Shown: positions 7,518-16,009, counted from the stretch's first letter. The stretch is 35,115 nt of DNA from a virus (IMGVR_UViG_3300017650_000020:1-35115); one strand, 5' to 3'. Translations and numbers: made by a program. Notes: generated by a model not told the origin, from the sequence alone.

Positions 7518-8426
7518 ATGCTGAATGTATTCAATCGAAGTCAGACGAACAAGATCGAACCAGCGGCGAAGCTGTTTTCACAAACAGATTTGCTTTCTGC
7601 TCGGCGTGCAGAGGCATGGCTTGCCAGTCGTCTCAAGCGCGGCCAGCACGAACGGTTCACCGAGGAAGTCGAATTGACACCCGCCCTCGCTGAACTGCTC
7701 TTGCAGCGCAATCCGGCCAACCGCGTCGTCAAGGACGCTGTGGTCCAGCGCTATGCGGCGGACATCCGCAACGGGTTCTGGCAGGTTAATGGCGAGCCAA
7801 TCATCCTGTCGCGCGACGGACTGCTTAATGACGGCCAGCATCGCTGCTTTGGGGTAATCACTGCCGGCCGTCCGATCATCGTCAATATCGCGTTTGGATA
7901 TGAGCGTGCATCTCGGCTGACCTTGGATCAAGGCGCGACCCGGACGACCGGCGACTTCCTCGGCATGGATGGCGCTGCCAATGCGAACCATCAGGCCGTG
8001 GTGGCTGGACTTCTGTGGCAATACGACACATCGGGCACTATTGGCGACAACACCCGCAATCGGGGCACCAAGGCACAGGTCATTGAGAAATGGCATTCGT
8101 CGCCGGGCATTCTTGACAGCATCCACGTCGTGTCTCGCAAGGGCAGTGGCGTTCTCGGCGGGATCGGCAGCCTCGCCTTCTGTCACTATGTGTTCGCCCG
8201 CATCGATGCCAAGGCGGCTGACGCTTTCATGAAAAAGCTGGTGGAGGGTGACGAGCTGAGCAAGAAAGACCCGATCTATGTTGCCCGCCAGCGGATAATC
8301 GGTGATCGTCGGCTCAAGCTGTCAGAGCGCATCGAACTGATCTTCCGGGCATGGAACCGTTCGCGCCAGCGGCGCGGAGCCACCATCGCCAAGATTCATG
8401 GCCAGTTGCCGGTTCTGGAGCGCTGA
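7518..8426 (+). CDS. ParB/Srx-like domain protein
   Basis: LTPALAELLL.RNPANR, NGEPII…G.LNDGQHR motif. Confidence 0.75.
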   Translation: MLNVFNRSQTNKIEPAAKLFSQTDLLSARRAEAWLASRLKRGQHERFTEEVELTPALAELLLQRNPANRVVKDAVVQRYAADIRNGFWQVNGEPIILSRDGLLNDGQHRCFGVITAGRPIIVNIAFGYERASRLTLDQGATRTTGDFLGMDGAANANHQAVVAGLLWQYDTSGTIGDNTRNRGTKAQVIEKWHSSPGILDSIHVVSRKGSGVLGGIGSLAFCHYVFARIDAKAADAFMKKLVEGDELSKKDPIYVARQRIIGDRRLKLSERIELIFRAWNRSRQRRGATIAKIHGQLPVLER

Positions 8427-8429
8427 CCC

Positions 8430-9203
8430 ATGATCACCGTTCGCCCAGACAAGATTGTCGTCGAGAACATCGATATCGGCCCTCGCCTGAGGACCGTCAC
8501 GCAAGAAGCTATCGACGTGATGAGCACGTCGCTGGCTACCATGGGCCTGCGGACGCCCATCACTGTCCGAGAGGTGTGGGACGACGAGAGCGACGACGGC
8601 CGCTATGTTCTGGTGGCCGGCGCGACGCGACTGGCCGCCGCCAAGCATCTCGGCTGGGACTTCATCGACGCATTTGTCACTGAATGCACCGCTGAGGAAG
8701 CGGAGATGTGGGAAATTGCGGAGAACCTGCATCGCGCGGAGCTGACGGTGCAGGAGCGTAGCGAGCAGATCGCGAGGTGGGTGGAATTGTCAAAGGTGAC
8801 GCAACTTGCGTCACCTTCAAATGTCCAGCCGAACGAAACTGGCAAGCGCTCGGCGGCCAAAACTCTTGGTGTGTCACAGCGGGATGTTCAGCGCGCCGTC
8901 AAGGTAGCCTCTATCACCCCCGAGGCCAAGGCAGCCGCCCGCGAGGCCGGCATCGACGACAACCAGTCCAAGCTTCTGGAAGTCGCGAAAGCCGAACCAG
9001 AGCGGCAGGCCGCTGTCGTCCATGAACTTGCCCAGTGCCGCACCTCGCCGCCGAGCAACCATCCGAAGGACGAGTACGAGCTTGCGACCGCATGGCGTCG
9101 GTCGTTTGAGCGCGTCTGGAACCAAGCGCCCCGGCAGGAAGATCGGGAATGGGCGCGTCAGTGGATCGACGCTCCGATTATGGACGCTAGGTTTGGGGGC
9201 TGA
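8430..9203 (+). CDS. ParB N-terminal domain protein with HTH
   Basis: GLRTPITV, YVLVAGATRLAAA, EIAENLHRAELT, AAKTLGVSQRDVQR. Confidence 0.85.
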   Translation: MITVRPDKIVVENIDIGPRLRTVTQEAIDVMSTSLATMGLRTPITVREVWDDESDDGRYVLVAGATRLAAAKHLGWDFIDAFVTECTAEEAEMWEIAENLHRAELTVQERSEQIARWVELSKVTQLASPSNVQPNETGKRSAAKTLGVSQRDVQRAVKVASITPEAKAAAREAGIDDNQSKLLEVAKAEPERQAAVVHELAQCRTSPPSNHPKDEYELATAWRRSFERVWNQAPRQEDREWARQWIDAPIMDARFGG

Positions 9204-9205
9204 CC

Positions 9206-9484
9206 ATGACAGACATTGACGCCATCCTGAAAGAGCGCGGCGGCCGGTATGGATCGTTCGGCCATGTCGCGGACACCTATCGGTCCTTGATGCACTCGTA
9301 TGAAATCGGGATGCGCAGAGGAAATCAGGGACTTAGCCGCCCGGCCGACGCAGACGTAGCCGTCCATATGATCCTGATGAAGATTGCTCGCATTGCCTGC
9401 GGCAATCCCAATCATCTCGACAACTGGGACGACATCCAAGGATACGCCAAGCTGGTGGCGGATCGGCTGCGGGGTCAGAAGTGA
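9206..9484 (+). CDS. DUF6378-like phage protein
   Basis: ILKERG.RYG.F, MILMKIARI..GNPNH.DNWDDIQGYAKL. Confidence 0.75.
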   Translation: MTDIDAILKERGGRYGSFGHVADTYRSLMHSYEIGMRRGNQGLSRPADADVAVHMILMKIARIACGNPNHLDNWDDIQGYAKLVADRLRGQK

Positions 9485-9837
9485 CCGATCTTGTCATTCA
9501 CCTCCCGACCCCTCCCAGCGTCAACAAGCTGTTCGCGAACAATCCGCGCGGCCGGCATCGCACCCGTCAATACAACGACTGGCGGTTCCAGGCTGGGCTC
9601 ATGCTCAACCGGCAGGCCCCATCGCCTGTCCTCTCGCCCTGCACGATCCAGATCGACCTTGACGATAAGACGCGCGGGGACGCTGCCAACCGCGAAAAGG
9701 CAGTAACCGACCTTCTCGTCGCCCACGGCGTGCTCAAGGACGATTCCAAAAAATATCTGCGCCGCGTCTCCATCGGCTTTGAGCCTGATGTCGAGCGCGA
9801 CCAGTGCCGTGTCACAATCAAGACTGAGGTGGCGTGA
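9481..9837 (+). CDS. rusA: RusA-family Holliday junction resolvase
   Basis: LP.PPSVN, RGDAANREKAVTDLL…GVL.DDS. Confidence 0.85.
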   Translation: MTDLVIHLPTPPSVNKLFANNPRGRHRTRQYNDWRFQAGLMLNRQAPSPVLSPCTIQIDLDDKTRGDAANREKAVTDLLVAHGVLKDDSKKYLRRVSIGFEPDVERDQCRVTIKTEVA

Positions 9838-10163
9838 TGGGCTTCAATTCGGTTGCGGTGATCTATAACGACAATTTTGCTCAAGCCGCCGATGATCCGC
9901 TCGCTGGAAAGCGGATGGTTGACGCTTGGCGGGAGATCGGCTGGGGCCACAGTCCGCCTGGGATTGAAGGCTGGTTCGGTTACGGGCAGTTCATCTGCCA
10001 GTCGCACGCCGACTACGATCAGATCGTGGTGGTCGGACAGAACCGTGGCCGGCGCATTCAGGAAGTGAATGACCTGAGCGCCTTTGGGCAGGTCGTAATT
10101 GCGGAGTGCCTGCAACGTCACGGCTGGTCGGTGAAGCGGCCAAAGAAGGCGAAGGTGGCGTGA
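9837..10163 (+). CDS. Hypothetical protein flanked by 15-bp direct repeats
   Basis: TGATG coupling at both ends. Confidence 0.7.
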   Translation: MGFNSVAVIYNDNFAQAADDPLAGKRMVDAWREIGWGHSPPGIEGWFGYGQFICQSHADYDQIVVVGQNRGRRIQEVNDLSAFGQVVIAECLQRHGWSVKRPKKAKVA

Positions 10164-10720
10164 TGGGTATTCGAGAGGATCTACATCGGGCTCATAAGGA
10201 GCGGCAAAAACGGATGGCTATGGCCGCACTTCGGCACCAGATGAAAGACCGGACATTCAATCCGACCCCCGTGATCCACCAGGCCGGCCCGGAAACTCGG
10301 GTTGACGTGGCAAAGTGCTTGCCGCCGACCATGGCCTACAACCACGTTCCGACGACCGTTTCAGTCAGATTCCCCCATCTCACCGCTGACGGCCGCATCA
10401 AGATTGCGACAATAATTCAGGTCGTCGCGGACTATTTCGGCCTCTCGGTTCTGGACCTCAAGAGCGAGCGCCGTACGCTTAAACTCTCCCGGCCACGTCA
10501 TATCATCATGTACCTGGCGAGGACTCTCACAGAGCGGTCCATGCCGGCCATCGGCCTCCAGATGCACCGCGACCACACCTCGATTCTACACGGCGTGCGG
10601 AAGGTGGAGCGGCTGCTTGCAGAAGGCGACGAGGCGATGCGACGGGATGTTGACGCCATCACCTCGCTGGTCAAGGCCCGCTCGCTTGTGTGCATCAAAT
10701 CTCTGTCGATGGTGGCGTGA
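10163..10720 (+). CDS. Protein with a DnaA C-terminal (domain IV) DNA-binding domain
   Basis: IIQVVADYFGLS..DL.S.RR…RPRHIIMYLAR.LT..S.PAIG….RDHTSILHGVRKV. Confidence 0.88.
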   Translation: MGIREDLHRAHKERQKRMAMAALRHQMKDRTFNPTPVIHQAGPETRVDVAKCLPPTMAYNHVPTTVSVRFPHLTADGRIKIATIIQVVADYFGLSVLDLKSERRTLKLSRPRHIIMYLARTLTERSMPAIGLQMHRDHTSILHGVRKVERLLAEGDEAMRRDVDAITSLVKARSLVCIKSLSMVA

Positions 10721-11269
10721 ATGAGCCGTAAGCCTATCAGCAAAAAGCTACGCTTCGATGTATTCAAGCGCGACGGGTTCCAGTGCGCCTATTGCGGCGC
10801 GCACCCGTCTGAAACAGTGGTCCTAGAGGTGGATCATATCCAGCCCGTCGCCTGCGGAGGTGGAGATGAGATCGACAATCTTGTAACGGCTTGCTTCGCC
10901 TGCAACCGTGGAAAGCGCGACGTACCGCTGTCAGCCATTCCGCATTCCATCGCGGAAAAGACCGAGCTTATTGCGGAGCGCGAGGCGCAGATCCATGCGT
11001 ATCACGAGGTATTGGCCTGGAGGCGACAGCGGCGACAAGAAGAACTTGACGCCGTAATCGATATCTACATCGCAGAGTTCGGACGCGATGAGATGACCGG
11101 GCAGAGGATTTCCAGCATACGCATGTTTTTGGATCGCATCGACGTTTTTGAGGTGCGGGAATCTATGGAGCTGGCGGTAGAGCGTAAACAGTACGCTCAC
11201 CCTGCTTTTAAATACTTCTGCGGAATTTGCTGGAACAAAATCAAGAATGCTGAGGGCGTCCGTGTCTGA
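10721..11269 (+). CDS. HNH endonuclease (Zn-finger type)
   Basis: RFDVFKRDGFQCAYCG, LEVDHIQP…GG…NLVTAC..CN.GK. Confidence 0.9.
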   Translation: MSRKPISKKLRFDVFKRDGFQCAYCGAHPSETVVLEVDHIQPVACGGGDEIDNLVTACFACNRGKRDVPLSAIPHSIAEKTELIAEREAQIHAYHEVLAWRRQRRQEELDAVIDIYIAEFGRDEMTGQRISSIRMFLDRIDVFEVRESMELAVERKQYAHPAFKYFCGICWNKIKNAEGVRV

Positions 11270-12026
11270 GATTGCCGCTCTCATCTCCGATATGGTTCGA
11301 TCCGGCGTAGATCCTGACCTCATTGGGAGGACGGCCGCCGCGCTCGCATCGGTTAAGACCTTGGATGAGCAGGCAGAGCGCCGCCGTCAGAAGGATCGTG
11401 AACGCAAAGCACGTCAGAACAATTCCGCAGATTCCGCAGATTCCGCGGAATTCCACCCCTCCCCCCTTTCCCCTTCTTCTTTCCCCCCCACACCCCCCCA
11501 TATAACTACCCCTATCCCCCCTCCCCCTGCTGCTGCTGCTTGCGCGGACGCGGGTTGCGAGGTTCTGGGCGATCCTCCGGCCGAGAGACCGGTTGCCGGC
11601 CGCCTTCCGGATTGGTTCGAGCCAGCCCAGCGGGTGCTGTTGGCCGCAGGGTTCGACCCGGATGACCCAGCGACGTTCGGCCAGCGCCCGTTTGTGGCCC
11701 GCTGGCTCAAGGATTGGGACCTCGAGCTGGACATCCTGCCGACCGTCACGGCTCTCACGGCTGCCCGGACGGCCAAGGGCCAAGGGCCGCCGCGCGGCAT
11801 CCGCTATTTCGAGGCTGCGATAGCCGATGCCCACGCCACCCGCACGTACCCTCTACCCGAAGGCACCCCAGGAGCCCGGAATGTTCAAACCCGTAAGGAT
11901 CGATCCAAGGCAAGTTGGACAGACGCCCTCGACCAACTCGGGGAGTTCGCCCGGCGTGAGCCAGCAGGAGGCGGCGGAGGCGGCGCGCAGGTTGTTCAGC
12001 TACTTCCCCCCGCGCGAAGTGGGTGA
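11262..12026 (+). CDS. Putative phage replication initiator
   Basis: O-gene position; RRRQKDRERK, internal repeats, Pro-rich linker, C-terminal RYFEAAI. Confidence 0.65.
   Translation: MSEIAALISDMVRSGVDPDLIGRTAAALASVKTLDEQAERRRQKDRERKARQNNSADSADSAEFHPSPLSPSSFPPTPPHITTPIPPPPAAAACADAGCEVLGDPPAERPVAGRLPDWFEPAQRVLLAAGFDPDDPATFGQRPFVARWLKDWDLELDILPTVTALTAARTAKGQGPPRGIRYFEAAIADAHATRTYPLPEGTPGARNVQTRKDRSKASWTDALDQLGEFARREPAGGGGGGAQVVQLLPPARSG
11422..11530. repeat. Tandem 9-bp repeats (ATTCCGCAG x2, ATTCCGCGG) plus a C-rich skewed tract; candidate origin
   Basis: Seen directly inside the initiator gene. Confidence 0.55.
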
Positions 12027-12438
12027 CCCGATGGTGGTTCTGGCCGGCACGGTCGAACTGCTGATGCAGTATCCGCGCTCGGTGCTGGCGTCTATCCTGA
12101 GCCCGATTTCTGGCCTTCCGGCCACGATGAAGTGGGCTCCGTCAGTGGCGGAGATCCGAGAGGCGTGCGAATCCCGGATGGCCCCGATCCGGGACCGACA
12201 GAGAGCGCAGGCGGCTTTGCGGGACCAGTTGCAGGAGCGCCAGCAGATCGAGGACCGCTCATCCCGCAAGTCCTATGACGAGATAGCCGACGATCTGGCG
12301 CGCCATGGGATCAACATCCGGGCCGGCCGTTCCGCCGGATCAGCAGGGCAGTCCAAAGATCAGTTCAAAGAACGGTTCGGGCTGTCTGATGCAGACTTTG
12401 ACGCCATTCCTGATCAACCGATGCAGGAGGTGGGATGA
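11881..12438 (+). CDS. Replication accessory protein (P-gene position), start uncertain
   Basis: GLPATMKWAPSVAEIREAC pattern typical of loader-like genes after initiators. Confidence 0.6.
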   Translation: MFKPVRIDPRQVGQTPSTNSGSSPGVSQQEAAEAARRLFSYFPPREVGDPMVVLAGTVELLMQYPRSVLASILSPISGLPATMKWAPSVAEIREACESRMAPIRDRQRAQAALRDQLQERQQIEDRSSRKSYDEIADDLARHGINIRAGRSAGSAGQSKDQFKERFGLSDADFDAIPDQPMQEVG

Positions 12439-12674
12439 TGGAAAATCCAATAATTGCGCCTAAGAAACGGCGGGCTCCTGGAGGAGGCCGCAAGCCGCAA
12501 GGGGAGTTCCATGGGAAATCAACAACCATGACAACCCGGATAACGCCAATGCTCAGGAAAGCTTTGGATGAAGCCTGTGAGGCGAGTGGGCGGTCACTCT
12601 CTCAAGAGGTCGAATATCGTCTTGCACAGTCAGTCATGACTCAATTCATGCGCAAAGAAGGACTCATCTCATGA
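12435..12674 (+). CDS. Arc/TraY-like ribbon-helix-helix protein
   Basis: MTTRITPMLRKALDEACEASGRSLSQEVEYRL. Confidence 0.8.
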   Translation: MMENPIIAPKKRRAPGGGRKPQGEFHGKSTTMTTRITPMLRKALDEACEASGRSLSQEVEYRLAQSVMTQFMRKEGLIS

Positions 12675-12732
12675 GTTTCACTTGTGCCTATTGTCGATGG
12701 TTCGAGCCACAAAGAGGCTGAAATCCTCTGAT

Positions 12733-12748
12733 TGTTTCACGTGGAACA
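12733..12748. promoter_or_regulatory. parS-like site TGTTTCACGTGGAACA
   Basis: Fits the bacterial parS consensus TGTTNCACGTGAAACA on the minus strand; intergenic. Confidence 0.7.
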
Positions 12749-12762
12749 TAAAGGAAACGGAT

Positions 12763-13008
12763 ATGGGTGAAGTAATCGATGGTTACGGTGGAGACCGAGA
12801 TCTGGAATACTCTGTTTTCTCTGACCAAACCGGCGGCTTCATATCCTTAACAAGGGGAATAGACGGCGAGGACATCTTGGTTGAAGTTGGATCAGACGGA
12901 GATGGGGCGTGCTTCATGATCCGTAGCAAGGAAATGCTTGAGGGCATCATCAGCGCTCTATCGGAGTATGGCAACCGTCTTGCCGGAAAGAGAGGTCACC
13001 AGTGGTGA
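12763..13008 (+). CDS. Hypothetical protein
   Basis: AAGGA RBS before ATG 12763. Confidence 0.6.
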   Translation: MGEVIDGYGGDRDLEYSVFSDQTGGFISLTRGIDGEDILVEVGSDGDGACFMIRSKEMLEGIISALSEYGNRLAGKRGHQW

Positions 13009-13087
13009 TCTCTCCCGAGTGAGATCGGGCCTTGTCCCAAAATAGTCCTGCGTATCCCCCTCCACCTATCTGCCAAGGCAGGACCAC

Positions 13088-13729
13088 ATGGCCAAACGCA
13101 AGCTCAAGCGCTCACAGATCACGCTGGCAGGACCTAACGGGCCGAAAGTCTACGAGCGGCTGGCTAACCACCTGCCGTGGCGGGCGGAAGTTGAGGCGGT
13201 CGAGGTGGACGATCCCATGGAGAAGGGCGGTAAATTGCTGGTCTACAGGAATCTTCGGGACGATCCGCTCGCCCGCCTCCGCCGGCAGAAGCAGATCGAG
13301 GAAGCGCAATTCCTTGCCGGCCGGAAATGGCAACGCGCCTATGAGATATCCGAACTGTCGGGCTCCAAGGCTATCGACACCACCAGGGATGTGGTGGACG
13401 GCGGCCAGATCGCTCGCAGCGACGAGATGACGGATCTACGCACTTTTGCGTTTGAAGATCTGGCGGTCGCCCGCGCCGCAATCGGGTCCGGAGGTGATAA
13501 TCTGATGCGAGATTTTCTTGGTGCGGGCATGGGATTGGCCCAGATGGCCACCAAGTACGGCAGGCCCGGAAAGATCGGTGCCGAGTATTTCGGCTGCGTC
13601 GTCCGGCAGTATCTCCATTGCCTCGCCGTTGCTTATCGTTTCCTTGGGAGTGAAGCACGGGAGATGTCGTCTGATGAAATCAGGAAGCGGGATTCGGATA
13701 ATCAGCAGCGCCAAAGGCTTGGCTTGTGA
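13088..13729 (+). CDS. Late-gene regulator, Q position (DUF6456-like)
   Basis: DPLARLRRQKQI..AQF.AG motif; last early gene before the packaging module. Confidence 0.65.
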   Translation: MAKRKLKRSQITLAGPNGPKVYERLANHLPWRAEVEAVEVDDPMEKGGKLLVYRNLRDDPLARLRRQKQIEEAQFLAGRKWQRAYEISELSGSKAIDTTRDVVDGGQIARSDEMTDLRTFAFEDLAVARAAIGSGGDNLMRDFLGAGMGLAQMATKYGRPGKIGAEYFGCVVRQYLHCLAVAYRFLGSEAREMSSDEIRKRDSDNQQRQRLGL

Positions 13730-13833
13730 ATAGCGGGTATAAACTAATCACGTCCATTGCAGGTACACCCGCACAGTCGTAGGGTAAAAGTCGAGATGTG
13801 GGACTGCGCCCTGATGGGTAGTAATCCCGATAA

Positions 13834-13940
13834 TCAGTGCGGCGGCGTGGATGGACACGCCCTCGGGCGGCCACATGTCCTAGGTCTCCGTAGCTTCGAG
13901 CTAAAAACGTGGAGCCGGTATCAAGCCCGGTCCGCACTGA
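13834..13940 (+). ncRNA. tRNA-like cloverleaf RNA (non-canonical)
   Basis: 9-bp closing stem TCAGTGCGG/CCGCACTGA, D-like arm GCGTG-GATGGA-CACGC, T-like arm GCCGG-TATCAAGC-CCGGT. Confidence 0.6.
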
Positions 13941-14060
13941 AACCCTCGGCAAGTCGTCCTGTCTCTCCGAACTGTCTCCGGATGGAGGCGTGCCCGTCTC
14001 TCGGCGGGATAGGAAGCAGGACGCATCAGACTTATGTGCAGAAAATGCACAGAACTCGGG

Positions 14061-14084
14061 CCGCCCCTCACCGGGCGGTTTTTT
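14061..14084 (+). terminator. Late-leader terminator (tR'-like)
   Basis: CCGCCC-CTCACC-GGGCGG-TTTTTT. Confidence 0.8.
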
Positions 14085-14098
14085 CATTGGGTGAACAC

Positions 14099-14317
14099 AT
14101 GACGCTTGACCCGACCACTTATGAGTACCTGAACCCCACAGACGAGCAAAATATGGCGATGTCCCGAGTTCGGGCTGCGGCCAAGGCATATTCGGACATT
14201 CTGGACAGTGAGCTTCCGGACGGACCCGACAAGACGTTTGTTCTCCGCAATCATCGGTCGAATGCAATGTGGGCAAACGTTGCCATTACCCGCCATCCCA
14301 ACGGTTCGCCGCGGTGA
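14099..14317 (+). CDS. Acb2/Tad1-like helical hairpin protein (putative anti-defence sponge)
   Basis: Y..PT.EQ…..VR.AAK……..LP.G.DK………MWANVAI.R pattern. Confidence 0.6.
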   Translation: MTLDPTTYEYLNPTDEQNMAMSRVRAAAKAYSDILDSELPDGPDKTFVLRNHRSNAMWANVAITRHPNGSPR

Positions 14318-14352
14318 ACTACCTCCCCTCTCACTCTCTTACAGAGGACTGA

Positions 14353-14742
14353 ATGGCTGAACGTATCGGGCGTCCCTCCAAATACACGGAGGATATGGGC
14401 GGGAAGGTCGTCGCCCTGATGTCCGAAGGACTCTCTCTGACGGCGGCGATGGCTGAACTAGGGTTTCATCGCGACACGGCCTACGAATGGCAGGCCCAAC
14501 ACAAAGACTTTTCCGACGCTGTAAAGGTTGGACAGGCCAAACGGCAGCTTTTCCTTGAGCGCCGGCTGATGGCGGCGGAGATCGGACCAGTGGTCACGTC
14601 GTCCATATTCGCCCTCAAGAACACCGGAACCGGCGACTGGCGCGACAAGCAGGACGTGGAGCATTCCGGGCCGGACGGTAAGCCCATCCAGATCCAGCGC
14701 ATCGAGCGCGTCATTGTCGATCCTGCAAATCGAGACAGCTAG
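14353..14742 (+). CDS. Terminase small subunit
   Basis: GRPSKY, HTH, YEW…H.DFSDA, IFALKN…WRDKQ.VEHSG.DG.PI. Confidence 0.88.
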   Translation: MAERIGRPSKYTEDMGGKVVALMSEGLSLTAAMAELGFHRDTAYEWQAQHKDFSDAVKVGQAKRQLFLERRLMAAEIGPVVTSSIFALKNTGTGDWRDKQDVEHSGPDGKPIQIQRIERVIVDPANRDS

Positions 14743-16003
14743 GGCTTTCCAGCCCCTGCTGGCCCCTGCTCGTTACAAGGGAGCGCACGGCGGGCGCGGG
14801 TCTGGAAAGTCGCATTTCTTCGCAGAGATGCTGGTCGAGGACCATTACGCCAACCCCGGCCTCCGCTCAGTCTGCATCCGCGAGGTGCAAAAGAGCCTCA
14901 AGGAGTCGGCCAAACGGTTGATCGAGGACAAGGTGCAGGCCCTCGGGTTTGGGCCGCATTTCGATTGCCAGCGCGAACAGATCAATACACCAGGCGGCGG
15001 CGTCATCCTGTTTCAGGGTATGCAGGACCACACCGCAGAGACGATCAAATCGCTGGAAGGTTTCAATCGGGCGTGGATCGAGGAGGCGCAGACGCTCAGT
15101 GAGCGCAGCTTGACGCTTCTCCGGCCGACGATCCGCGCGGAAGGTTCGGAAATCTGGGCTTCATGGAATCCGCGTCGGCCGAAAGATGCAATCGACGCCT
15201 TCCTGCGAGGCGAAAAGCCGGATAACGCCATCGTCATTGAGGCGAACTGGCGGGACAACCCGTGGTTTCCATCGGTCCTTGAAGATGAGCGGAAGCTAGA
15301 CCAGGCTCGCTATCCGGATCGCTATGAGCACATCTGGGAAGGTGGATACGCCAAGGCATTCGAGGGCGCCTATTTCGCCCGCCACTTGACAGAGGCCAAA
15401 GCCTCCGGCCGCATCGGTCACGTGTCTGCCGATCCGCTCCTGCCGATCAGGGCCGTGTTCGACCTTGGCGGCTCCGGGGCGCAGGCCGACGCCATGGCGA
15501 TATGGATCGTGCAGTGGGCCGGCGACCGCATTCTTGTCCTCGACTACATCGAGGGCGTCGGGCAGGTGCTCGCCTATTACGTCAACGAGCTTCGATCGCG
15601 AGGCTATCAGGCTGCGAGCTGCATCTTGCCGCACGACGGCGTGAACGAAAACAACATCACCGGCAAGCGATACGAGGACCACATTCGCGATGCCGGCTTC
15701 GAGGTTCAGGTTGTCCCGAACCAGGGCAAGGGCGCGGCTTCGATGCGGATCGAAGCAGTTCGGCGCATTTTCCATAAATGCTGGTTCAACGACGCGGCAA
15801 CGGAAGCGGGTCGTGATGCGCTTGGCTACTACCACGAACGCAAGGACGAGGCCCGCAACATCGGCCTTGGCCCGGAGCATGACTGGTCGAGCCATGCGGC
15901 CGATGCGTTCGGCCTGATGGCGGTTGCCTACGAAGAACCGCGCGGGAAACTGGTTCCGAAGATGATTGTCGGGCGCCGGCCCGGCTCATGGATGGGCGGA
16001 TAG
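14714..16003 (+). CDS. Terminase large subunit (PBSX-like)
   Basis: Walker A GGRGSGKS, Walker B WIEEAQ, WNP motif, HDWSSHAADAF. Confidence 0.95.
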   Translation: MSILQIETARAFQPLLAPARYKGAHGGRGSGKSHFFAEMLVEDHYANPGLRSVCIREVQKSLKESAKRLIEDKVQALGFGPHFDCQREQINTPGGGVILFQGMQDHTAETIKSLEGFNRAWIEEAQTLSERSLTLLRPTIRAEGSEIWASWNPRRPKDAIDAFLRGEKPDNAIVIEANWRDNPWFPSVLEDERKLDQARYPDRYEHIWEGGYAKAFEGAYFARHLTEAKASGRIGHVSADPLLPIRAVFDLGGSGAQADAMAIWIVQWAGDRILVLDYIEGVGQVLAYYVNELRSRGYQAASCILPHDGVNENNITGKRYEDHIRDAGFEVQVVPNQGKGAASMRIEAVRRIFHKCWFNDAATEAGRDALGYYHERKDEARNIGLGPEHDWSSHAADAFGLMAVAYEEPRGKLVPKMIVGRRPGSWMGG

Positions 16004-16009
16004 CACCAC

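Noticed and set aside
13757-14098. 186-aa ORF extension upstream of the Acb2/Tad1-like gene
   Set aside because: It crosses a strong terminator and structured RNA; only the last 72 aa look like a protein family
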